Source: Chloroflexota bacterium (GTDB lineage: Bacteria; Chloroflexota; Dehalococcoidia; Lucifugimonadales; JADFKI01). Taken from it: a stretch of 64,000 nt of DNA. This document shows positions 37,414 through 45,098 of this stretch, in pieces. The notes beneath the pieces are model-generated. The model was given only the letters and a program-made list of their open reading frames with translations. It was not told the DNA's origin and made no database searches. The stretch is from contig VXNZ01000017.1 in NCBI GenBank assembly GCA_009840355.1, positions 925 through 64,924 on the forward strand. The letters run 5' to 3'. The position numbers were made by a program, and so were the translations under genes. Numbering within the stretch: position 1 is the stretch's first letter; each line of letters opens with the position of its first letter.

Positions 37414-38337
37414 ATGCGCGTACTCGTAACCGGAGGTGCCGGATTCATCGGCTCCCACATAGTCGATACCCTAGTAGAGCAAGGCCACGCCGTATCCGTA
37501 GTCGATAACCTGTCCGAAGGCAGCCGCGACAACCTGAACCCATACGCAAAGTTCTTCGATGTCAGCGTCAATGACCCCGACGGCTTGGAATTAGTATTCG
37601 CGGAGGCGAAACCCGATGTAGTAAGCCACCACGCCGCCCAAGTGAGCGTCCGCAACTCCATGTATGACCCCACGCACGACGCCCAAGTGAACATTATCGG
37701 TTCACTGAACGTGCTTCAATGCGCGGTAAAGCATGACGTCGAGCGTATCATATTCCCGTCCACCAGCGCAGTCTATGCCAAGCCCAACCACTTGCCTATG
37801 GACGAAACCCACCCTTTAAGTCCGGAAAGCGTCTATGGCGTCTCTAAGCTCAGTGTAGAAAACTTCGTCCGCCTGTACACCGACACATACGGCATAAGGC
37901 ACAAGATTTTTCGCTACGGCAATGTATTCGGTCCCCGTCAGAATCCGCACGGAGAAGCGGGTATCGTTGCCATATTTACCGGCCAGTTCATGCGCGGAGA
38001 ACAGCCGACCATATTCGGTGACGGCGGCAAGACCCGAGACTACATCTTCATCAACGACATCGTCGCCGCGAACACCGCCGCGCTCGACACTACCGGCGAC
38101 AACGAGACCTACAATCTTGCTTGGGGTATCGGCGTATCGGACTTTGAGATATTCGATGCTGTGCGCGCCGCGAGCGATTCATCTATGCAACCGCGCTACG
38201 CACCCGTTCGCCCAGGCGAAGCAGAGCATGTTAACCTCGACCCGTCCAAAGCCATCCAATCCCTGTCGTGGCGGCCGCAAGTCAGCCTATACGACGGAAT
38301 TCTGCAAGTTATCGAACATTACCGCGAAACTCACTAG
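37414..38337 (+). CDS. NAD-dependent sugar-nucleotide epimerase/dehydratase (GalE-like)
   Basis: 307 aa. Contains MRVLVTGGAGFIGSH, the catalytic YGVSK motif, and RYGNVFGPRQ. Confidence 0.9.
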   Translation: MRVLVTGGAGFIGSHIVDTLVEQGHAVSVVDNLSEGSRDNLNPYAKFFDVSVNDPDGLELVFAEAKPDVVSHHAAQVSVRNSMYDPTHDAQVNIIGSLNVLQCAVKHDVERIIFPSTSAVYAKPNHLPMDETHPLSPESVYGVSKLSVENFVRLYTDTYGIRHKIFRYGNVFGPRQNPHGEAGIVAIFTGQFMRGEQPTIFGDGGKTRDYIFINDIVAANTAALDTTGDNETYNLAWGIGVSDFEIFDAVRAASDSSMQPRYAPVRPGEAEHVNLDPSKAIQSLSWRPQVSLYDGILQVIEHYRETH

Positions 38338-38450
38338 CCACTAACCCGAATCGCGTTTCCATTTGCCATAGCTATGACCTCATCTGCTACAATTCAAGAA
38401 GGACCTCACTCAACTATATTCGTCAATTGTGGACGACACGGCGACTGACC

Positions 38451-39620
38451 ATGAACTCACAATCCACCATGCCAGCAGCCTTCGTGCAGCGCATCCACGA
38501 CAGCGATATGATGGCGGTCATATCTGTCGCCGGTGCCGGCTCCGCGGCGATTTCGTGGCTGCTTGGCGTCGCAGGAGCGTCCCGCACCGTCCTCGAGATA
38601 CTCGTGCCGTATGCATCATCGTCGCTCACCGAGTTCGTGGGCGGAGAGCCACAGCAATTCGTATCCGAAGACACCGCGGTCGCAATGGCGAAATCCGCGT
38701 ACCGACGCGCGCTGCATCTTCGAGAAGGCAGCGCGCCCGTCGTCGGCATAGCGTGCACTGCTACCATCGCCACCGACCGCACCAAACGCGGCGACCATCG
38801 TTGCCACATCGCGGCTTGGAGCGCGGCGGGCGTTGCGACATACAATCTGACTTTCGTCAAAGAACTCCGTGACCGCGCCGGTGAAGATGCTTTGGCAAGT
38901 ATGCTAGTGCTGCGTGCGCTATCCGATGCGGCATGCTTGCCATTCGACGACGACCTGCATCTCGACACGACCGAGTACGTTGAAAGCAATAGCGTGCAAT
39001 ACGCCGATCCCATCGATGCGCTGATGGCAGGACATATTGGCAAGGCAGTCGTGCATCCTGACGGCAGCATGCGCGCAGACGAACCGTTTCATGGCGGCAT
39101 ATTATCCGGGTCGTTTAACCCGCTGCATGAAGGACACGCGGCAATGGTGAAGACGGCATCCGAAATGCTAGACAAACCGGTCGTCTATGAACTATCCGTC
39201 GCCAACGCTGACAAGCCACCGCTTGAAGCGGGCGAAGTGCGGCGCAGAGTAGCACAGTTCACCGGCGCTGCGCCAATCGTGCTAACCGGCGTGCCCGTGT
39301 TCTACAAGAAGGCGGACTTGCTACCCGGATGCACATTCATCATCGGCGTAGATACCGCAGTAAGGCTGTTTGACAAGAAGTATTACAGCAACAGCGAGAC
39401 CGAAATGCTGCTCGCCTTACAGCAGATGCGCGAACACGACTGCGACTTTTTGGTCGCAGGACGTGTCGATGGCAACACATTCCACACGCTCGCAGATGTC
39501 AGGATTCCGGACGGATTCGAGCCCATGTTTACCCCGATACCGGAGTCTGCGTTTCGCAGCGACATATCTTCCACTGAAATCAGAGCGGCTGGCGTATCGG
39601 GCAGCCGCGCCGCACAGTGA
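38451..39620 (+). CDS. Two-domain protein: divergent CinA/PncC-like domain plus nucleotidyltransferase (NadD/NMNAT-like, HxGH) domain
   Basis: Frame of ORF 38268..39620, starting at ATG 38451. The N-terminal half resembles the CinA C-domain (SVAGAGSAA...VPYASSS...FVSEDTAVAMA). The C-terminal half has GSFNPLHEGH and ISSTEIR, which are cytidylyltransferase-superfamily motifs. Confidence 0.7.
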   Translation: MNSQSTMPAAFVQRIHDSDMMAVISVAGAGSAAISWLLGVAGASRTVLEILVPYASSSLTEFVGGEPQQFVSEDTAVAMAKSAYRRALHLREGSAPVVGIACTATIATDRTKRGDHRCHIAAWSAAGVATYNLTFVKELRDRAGEDALASMLVLRALSDAACLPFDDDLHLDTTEYVESNSVQYADPIDALMAGHIGKAVVHPDGSMRADEPFHGGILSGSFNPLHEGHAAMVKTASEMLDKPVVYELSVANADKPPLEAGEVRRRVAQFTGAAPIVLTGVPVFYKKADLLPGCTFIIGVDTAVRLFDKKYYSNSETEMLLALQQMREHDCDFLVAGRVDGNTFHTLADVRIPDGFEPMFTPIPESAFRSDISSTEIRAAGVSGSRAAQ

Positions 39621-39624
39621 GCGC

Positions 39625-41082
39625 ATGAGCAATTACAAGGACTTGCGTGAGTTCGTCAGATTCCTTGAGCGCAAGGGCGAGTTGCGCCGCATAAAGACGC
39701 CCGTCAGCAGCGATCTGGAAATCACCGAGATTGCCAGTCGCGTCATCGCGAATGGCGGTCCCGCGCTGCTGTTCGAGAATGTTGACGGCGGAAACATCCC
39801 CGTTCTCATCAACATATTCGGCACGCACCAGCGCGTCGCCTGGGCACTCGGCGTGGACCATATCGACGAGTTGACTGACCGCGTTCGCAAGCTGCTCGGT
39901 CTCACGCAAGGTCCGCCGGCCGGCATCGTCAACAAACTCAAGACCGTTGGCGATCTGGCAGGGCTTGCGCGCAGTCAGCCGAAGATGGTCAAGAGCGCGC
40001 CGTGCCAAGAAGTCGTGCTCACCGGGGATGACGCAGATGTGAACGCATTCCCCATCATCAAGTGCTGGCCGCTTGATGGTGGGCGATACATCACCCTGCC
40101 CCTTGTCATATCGCGCGACCCAACATCCGGGCGGCGCAATGTCGGCACCTACCGGATGCAGGTGTTCGACGGCAAGACGATGGGCATGCACTGGCAGTCG
40201 CACAAGGTCGGCGCGCGGCACTTCCGCGACGGCGAAGAGCGCAGGCTAGACCGTCTCGATGTCGCGGTTGCGCTCGGCGGCGACCCTACGACGATATGGA
40301 CCGGCTCAATGCCGCTGCCGCCGGATATGGACGAGATAGCGGCGTCCGGCGTCATTCGCGGCAAGGCGGTCGAGATGGTCAAGTGCAAGACCATCGACCT
40401 TGAAGCGCCGGCGCACGCGGAAATCGTGCTAGAAGGCTATGTAGTGCCCGGCGAATTGCGACCGGAGGGTCCGTTTGGCGACCATACCGGCTACTATTCG
40501 ATGGAAGACGACTACCCGGTGTTCCATCTCACGGCGATAACGCACCGGCGCAATCCGATCTACCCCACGACATTCGTGGGCGTGCCGCCCAAGGAAGACT
40601 TCTTCATGGGCAAGGCGACGGAGCGCATCATGCTGCCCGCGCTGCAAGCGGCGTTGCCCGAAGTGAAGGATATCAACATGCCCGCCGAGGGCATATTCCA
40701 CAACCTCGTCATAGTATCCATCCGCAAGGAATACCCGGGACACGCGCGCAAGGTGATGAACGCGCTCTGGGGCTTAGGCTTGATGATGCTGACGAAAGTC
40801 ATCGTCATCGTCGATCACTATGTCGATGTGCAGGACCTGTCGGAAGTGGCTTGGCGCGTTACTGCAAATCTCGATCCGGGCGCTGACATCGTGTTCTCGG
40901 AAGGACCGCTAGACGACCTCGAACACGCCAGCGCAACGCCGCGGTATGGTACAAAGATGGGCATAGACGCAACCGCGAAGGGACGGCTGGACGGCCGCAA
41001 TCGCGAATGGCCACCCGACATCGTGATGAGCGAGGAAATCAAGTCACTCGTCGATTCCAAGTGGCGGGAGTACAAAATATGA
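39625..41082 (+). CDS. ubiD: UbiD-family (prFMN-dependent) decarboxylase
   Basis: Frame of ORF 39370..41082, starting at ATG 39625. Contains YKDLREFVRFLERKGELRRIK...LEITEI and GPFGDHTGYYS, typical of UbiD. Confidence 0.9.
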   Translation: MSNYKDLREFVRFLERKGELRRIKTPVSSDLEITEIASRVIANGGPALLFENVDGGNIPVLINIFGTHQRVAWALGVDHIDELTDRVRKLLGLTQGPPAGIVNKLKTVGDLAGLARSQPKMVKSAPCQEVVLTGDDADVNAFPIIKCWPLDGGRYITLPLVISRDPTSGRRNVGTYRMQVFDGKTMGMHWQSHKVGARHFRDGEERRLDRLDVAVALGGDPTTIWTGSMPLPPDMDEIAASGVIRGKAVEMVKCKTIDLEAPAHAEIVLEGYVVPGELRPEGPFGDHTGYYSMEDDYPVFHLTAITHRRNPIYPTTFVGVPPKEDFFMGKATERIMLPALQAALPEVKDINMPAEGIFHNLVIVSIRKEYPGHARKVMNALWGLGLMMLTKVIVIVDHYVDVQDLSEVAWRVTANLDPGADIVFSEGPLDDLEHASATPRYGTKMGIDATAKGRLDGRNREWPPDIVMSEEIKSLVDSKWREYKI

Positions 41083-41978
41083 ACGCGGCGGCAATCCCAA
41101 TTTCGGCAGCGCGAAAGATGGGCTTATTCATGGACGCCATCAGGTTTCAGGAAAGCATATTCGCCCTGCCCTTCGCATACACCGGCATGATTCTCGCGGC
41201 GTGGACCGCATCAGACGGCGCAACCTGGCATCCTACACTACACCAGTTCATCTGGATTACCGTCGCTATGGTAGGCGCGCGCACCGTCGGAATGGCGGCG
41301 AACCGCATCATCGACCGATACATTGACGCGCAGAACCCGCGCAACGCCGGCAGGCATTTGCCGTCGGGCAAGCTTTCCCTGCGCGATATGACGATCCTGA
41401 CAATCGCGGCGCTCTTCGTCTTCGTCTTCGCCGCCTACCAGCTGAATCCACTCGCGCTGATGCTCACGCCGGTCGCGGTCGCATATCTCATATTCTACCC
41501 GTACACCAAGCGCTTCACGTGGACATCGAACCTGCTGCTGGGCTGGGCGCTCGCCATCGCACCGTCCGCGGCGTGGATTGGCGTAACCGGCAGCCTCACT
41601 TGGCAGCCGGTCTTGCTGTCGCTTGCGGTGGCGCTGTGGGCAGGCAGCTTCGACATCCTGTATCATACGCAGGATTACGCATTCCAGAAGGAAGCGAGCT
41701 TACACTCGGTCGCGAGTCGCTTCGGCGTGCGCAGCGCGTTCTGCTGGGCGCGTGTGCTAGACCCGCTCGCGCTCGTCGCACTTCTCGCGCTTGGGCTATG
41801 GCTAGGCTTGAGTTGGCCATACTACATCGGCATCTTGCTCGCAGGCGGCTTTCTTGTGTATAAGCACCGGCTGGTCTCACCGGACGACCTATCCAGCCTT
41901 GGCATGGCGTTCTTCCGTATCAACGCCTACGTATCCACGACGATGTTCGTGGCAACCCTAGCAGCGGTGCTGATATGA
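41079..41978 (+). CDS. ubiA: UbiA-family aromatic prenyltransferase
   Basis: The ATG at 41079 overlaps the ubiD stop (ATGA). It is a polytopic protein with an NRIIDRYIDA motif (first Asp-rich motif) and DILYHTQDYAFQ (second motif). Confidence 0.85.
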   Translation: MNAAAIPISAARKMGLFMDAIRFQESIFALPFAYTGMILAAWTASDGATWHPTLHQFIWITVAMVGARTVGMAANRIIDRYIDAQNPRNAGRHLPSGKLSLRDMTILTIAALFVFVFAAYQLNPLALMLTPVAVAYLIFYPYTKRFTWTSNLLLGWALAIAPSAAWIGVTGSLTWQPVLLSLAVALWAGSFDILYHTQDYAFQKEASLHSVASRFGVRSAFCWARVLDPLALVALLALGLWLGLSWPYYIGILLAGGFLVYKHRLVSPDDLSSLGMAFFRINAYVSTTMFVATLAAVLI

Positions 41979-42607
41979 CACAGTTTCCCGTGACGAATCA
42001 AATTGCGCCAAATCATCCAGTCGTCATTGGCATCAGCGGCGCAAGCGGCTCGATGATTGCAAACGGCTTGATTGACGCGGTATTGCAGAGCGGCATACCC
42101 GTCATCGCGACCGCTTCCAACGCCGCGCGGATGGTCTGGCAACAAGAAATGGACACTTCGTTCGGCGAGGCGCTTGAGTATTGGCGCGATTTGGGCGATT
42201 TCACCTATTGCGCGCCGGGCGACATTCAATCGCCGATTGCGAGCGGTTCGTTCCCCACGCGGGGCATGGTCATCGCGCCGTGCAGCATGTCAACTGTCGC
42301 CGCCCTTGCGCACGGATTCGCCGACAATCTGATTCGCCGCGCCGCCGACGTCTGCCTGAAAGAACGCCGTCCGCTGACCATCGTGCCGCGCGAGACGCCG
42401 CTCAGCGCCATTCACCTCGAGAATATGGCGGCGCTCTCGCGGCTTGGCGTAACGGTCTTGCCGCCGGAACCGCCTTTCTACCTGAAGCCGAAATCGCTGG
42501 ACGATGTGGCGAATTATGTTGTGCAGAAGGCACTGGTTAGTATCGGATTGATTGCCGCTCTTCCGCAAAGCATGCAATACGACGGACCAGCTCGACCATC
42601 AGGATAA
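41975..42607 (+). CDS. ubiX: UbiX-family flavin prenyltransferase
   Basis: The ATG at 41975 overlaps the ubiA stop (ATGA). Contains VIGISGASG, MVIAPCSMSTVAALAHG and VPRETPL. Confidence 0.9.
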   Translation: MTQFPVTNQIAPNHPVVIGISGASGSMIANGLIDAVLQSGIPVIATASNAARMVWQQEMDTSFGEALEYWRDLGDFTYCAPGDIQSPIASGSFPTRGMVIAPCSMSTVAALAHGFADNLIRRAADVCLKERRPLTIVPRETPLSAIHLENMAALSRLGVTVLPPEPPFYLKPKSLDDVANYVVQKALVSIGLIAALPQSMQYDGPARPSG

Positions 42608-42646
42608 TGCCCAAGGGAATACGCGCCCAAAGACGACATCGACGAG

Positions 42647-43084
42647 GTGGCGAGGGACACACGCTTGCTAGGCGCGAAGGTCGTTGCCGTGCACGGCGAA
42701 ACAGTCGTAGAGCCGGTCGAACCGGGCACGAATATGGCATCGCTCAGATCGGACCATGTGGATGGATTAGCCCACCCTGGCCTAATTACGCTGGAAGAAG
42801 CGCGAATTGCCGCGAAGAAGGATATATTCCTCGAAGTGTCTGCGCGTAAGGGTCATAGCTTCACAAACGGTCACGTAGTGCGCATGGCGAAGGCAGCCGG
42901 CTCGCGCCTAATACTAGACTCGGACTCGCACGAACCCGGCGATCTGCTCACACCGGAATTCGCGAAGAACGTCGCGCTCGGATCCGGTATAAGTGAAGAA
43001 GAAGCCTATCACCTGCTGGAGTTCGCCCCACTGGACTTCCTGAAGAAGATAGGCGTGCCATATACGCCCAGCATACGGGATTGA
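42647..43084 (+). pseudogene. PHP-domain (histidinol-phosphatase-like) C-terminal fragment, N-terminal metal-binding part missing
   Basis: 145-aa ORF with a GTG start. Contains VVAVHGETVVEPVEPGTN, DGLAHPG and LDSDSHEPGDL, matching the C-terminal about two-thirds of small PHP proteins. No HxH-containing N-terminus exists. The frame runs straight back into the ubiX TAA stop. Confidence 0.45.
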
Positions 43085-43291
43085 CTCCCCTTCAGTCTGC
43101 GAATCGGGTAGCATATTTCATTCGACCGCGCGCTAATCGGGCAGACCGATTACACCGAAATCCGACATGTCGGTAGCACCCGGCGCCCGCGTAAGTGAAG
43201 AAGGGGCGAATCACCCACAGCAATTCGCCCCATCGGATTTCTTGAAGAGGCTAGGCGCCTCATAGACGCCCAGCATACAACGCTATTACGG

Positions 43292-44266
43292 CTAGTCGGG
43301 CAGGACGATGGACTCGGGTTCTTCGCCTATTGCGACCTGCGAGGTGTTGTGGATTGCGAAGGCGCGGCTGCGCTCGCCCGATTCCTGCGTGAACGCGGCG
43401 AGGTGCGGCGTAATCAGCACATTGTCGAATGCGAAGAGCGGGTTGTCCGGCGATGTCGGCTCGTCTTCGAGCACGTCAAGACCGGCAGCCATAATCTTCT
43501 TCTCCTCGATCGCGCGAATCAACGCGGCTTCGTCAACGACCGGACCTCGGCAGGCATTGATGAGCACCGCGGACGGCTTCATCAAGTCGAATTCGCGGTC
43601 GCTGATGAGCTTGGTCGTGCTGCGATTGAGCGGCACGTGCAGGGTTATGATGTCCGCCGACTGCAGCAGCTCGTCCATCGATACTCGCGTCGCCTTCAGT
43701 TCGGCTTCCAGCTCGGGGTCAATCGCTACCTCATCATAGTAGATGATCTCGCACTCCCAGCCCTGCAGCCGCCGCGCCACGCGCGAACCGATGCGCCCAA
43801 GCCCGACAATGCCGACCGTCTTGCCCGCGATTTCGTGCGCCTGCGAGAACCAGTCCGTTCGGATGTTGCCCATCCATTCGCCCGCCTTCACCGCATTGTA
43901 CTGCAGCTGCATCTTACGGAACACGCTGACCAGCAGCGTAATCGTGTGCTCCGCGACAGCGATTGCGTTGCCGCCTCCGTTGTTCGCCACGCGAATGCCT
44001 AGCTCGCCGAGCGTCTGCTTGTCGATCATGTCCGTGCCCGCGCTGACCGTCTGCACAAGTCGCACGCTAGGCGTCAGCCGAGCAAGCTCAACGGAATATA
44101 CGCTGGGCGTAACGACAACCGCCGCAACGCCTTCTAGGTCCTTCGCCTGATCCTCTATGGACTGGGACGAATCGACCCACTTGACCTCCGCGCCTTCGGG
44201 CGCATTCGCCTGAAAAGATTCCAAAAGATCCCCGTTCGGGGAAAGATATGCAACACTCGCTGCCAT
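43292..44266 (-). CDS. D-isomer-specific 2-hydroxyacid dehydrogenase (NAD-binding)
   Basis: 324 aa. Contains GKTVGIVGLGRIGSRVARRL, the segment LINACRGPVVDE, and the catalytic His context ITPHLA. Confidence 0.9.
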   Translation of the reverse strand: MAASVAYLSPNGDLLESFQANAPEGAEVKWVDSSQSIEDQAKDLEGVAAVVVTPSVYSVELARLTPSVRLVQTVSAGTDMIDKQTLGELGIRVANNGGGNAIAVAEHTITLLVSVFRKMQLQYNAVKAGEWMGNIRTDWFSQAHEIAGKTVGIVGLGRIGSRVARRLQGWECEIIYYDEVAIDPELEAELKATRVSMDELLQSADIITLHVPLNRSTTKLISDREFDLMKPSAVLINACRGPVVDEAALIRAIEEKKIMAAGLDVLEDEPTSPDNPLFAFDNVLITPHLAAFTQESGERSRAFAIHNTSQVAIGEEPESIVLPD

Positions 44267-44402
44267 TTAACTCTCCTATCAATTTCCTTCAATATGATAA
44301 AAATGCCAGACCACCACCAAGCCACCGCCACAATCCACAGCAGAGATTATATTCAACTGATGCCAGCGCGCGCAAGCCAGTGTCCGCAGTGCGCCGAATA
44401 AC

Positions 44403-44432
44403 TTGCGCGTGCCAATAGATTAACGCTAGAAT
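44403..44432 (+). promoter_or_regulatory. Possible sigma70-type promoter for rplS
   Basis: TTGCGC (44403-44408), an 18-nt spacer, then TAGAAT (44427-44432). It lies about 45 nt upstream of the rplS start. Confidence 0.3.
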
Positions 44433-44472
44433 AGCATGTAAGAATTGAATAATCACCACTTGTTATAGGAAA

Positions 44473-44817
44473 GTGTTAATGGAAGCGCACGAGTTAGTCC
44501 AACTAGAAGCAAATCCGAACATCGAAGAGTTCCAGCCCGGCGATACCGTGCGCGTGGAAATCCGAGTTACCGAGGGTGAACGCACCCGCTTGCAGGCGTT
44601 CCAAGGCGTCGTCATTCGCAAGCGCGGTGGAGGTCCGGGCGCGTCGTTCACGGTGCGCCGCGTCAGCTACGAAATCGGCGTAGAGCGCACATTCCTCATG
44701 CACTCGCCCAATGTGGAGTCGGTCACGGTAACACGGCGCGGCAAGGTGCGCCGGTCGCGGCTGTACTACCTGCGCAACCTGTCCGGCCGCGCCGCCCGCA
44801 TCAAAGAACGCCGGTAG
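44473..44817 (+). CDS. rplS: 50S ribosomal protein L19
   Basis: 114 aa. Contains FQPGDTVRV...[15 protein letters not shown]...SFTVRR and YYLR. The start may be ATG 44479 (AGGA lies 8 nt upstream) rather than GTG 44473. Confidence 0.9.
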   Translation: MLMEAHELVQLEANPNIEEFQPGDTVRVEIRVTEGERTRLQAFQGVVIRKRGGGPGASFTVRRVSYEIGVERTFLMHSPNVESVTVTRRGKVRRSRLYYLRNLSGRAARIKERR

Positions 44818-44850
44818 GTATTCAAGTGAACAATCTACGAATACACATTA

Positions 44851-44878
44851 GGGCAGACCGTGAGAAGTCTGCCCTTTT
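44851..44878 (+). terminator. Rho-independent terminator after rplS
   Basis: GGGCAGAC (44851-44858) pairs with GTCTGCCC (44867-44874) and is followed by TTTT. Confidence 0.8.
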
Positions 44879-45098
44879 GCTATTTTGCGAGAAGTATTTC
44901 TAGTGGGGCGTAATCATACGCCCGCAACCATACGATTGAACGCAAGACTCAATGAAACCTGCCCCAATGCGTTCTTTCAACTTTGATGACGAATGGCTAG
45001 GATGGTGCCAGGATGGTGGTTAACTCTTCCATAGTACGCAATCGCAAAATGCCTTAAGCGCCGGATTAGCCTGCCGGCATACTCGCGCAGAGGACGAT

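Noticed and set aside
38429-38872. A 147-aa ORF in an alternative frame within the CinA/NMNAT-like gene.
   Set aside because: It is Arg-rich and lacks domains. The overlapping frame (38451-39620) carries the HxGH and ISSTEIR motifs and a consistent gene length.
42605-42607. Possible stop-codon read-through fusing UbiX to the downstream PHP fragment, which is in the same frame.
   Set aside because: The stop is TAA, not UGA. UbiX is already full-length at this point. The downstream part lacks the PHP N-terminal metal site. A deletion remnant is the simpler explanation.
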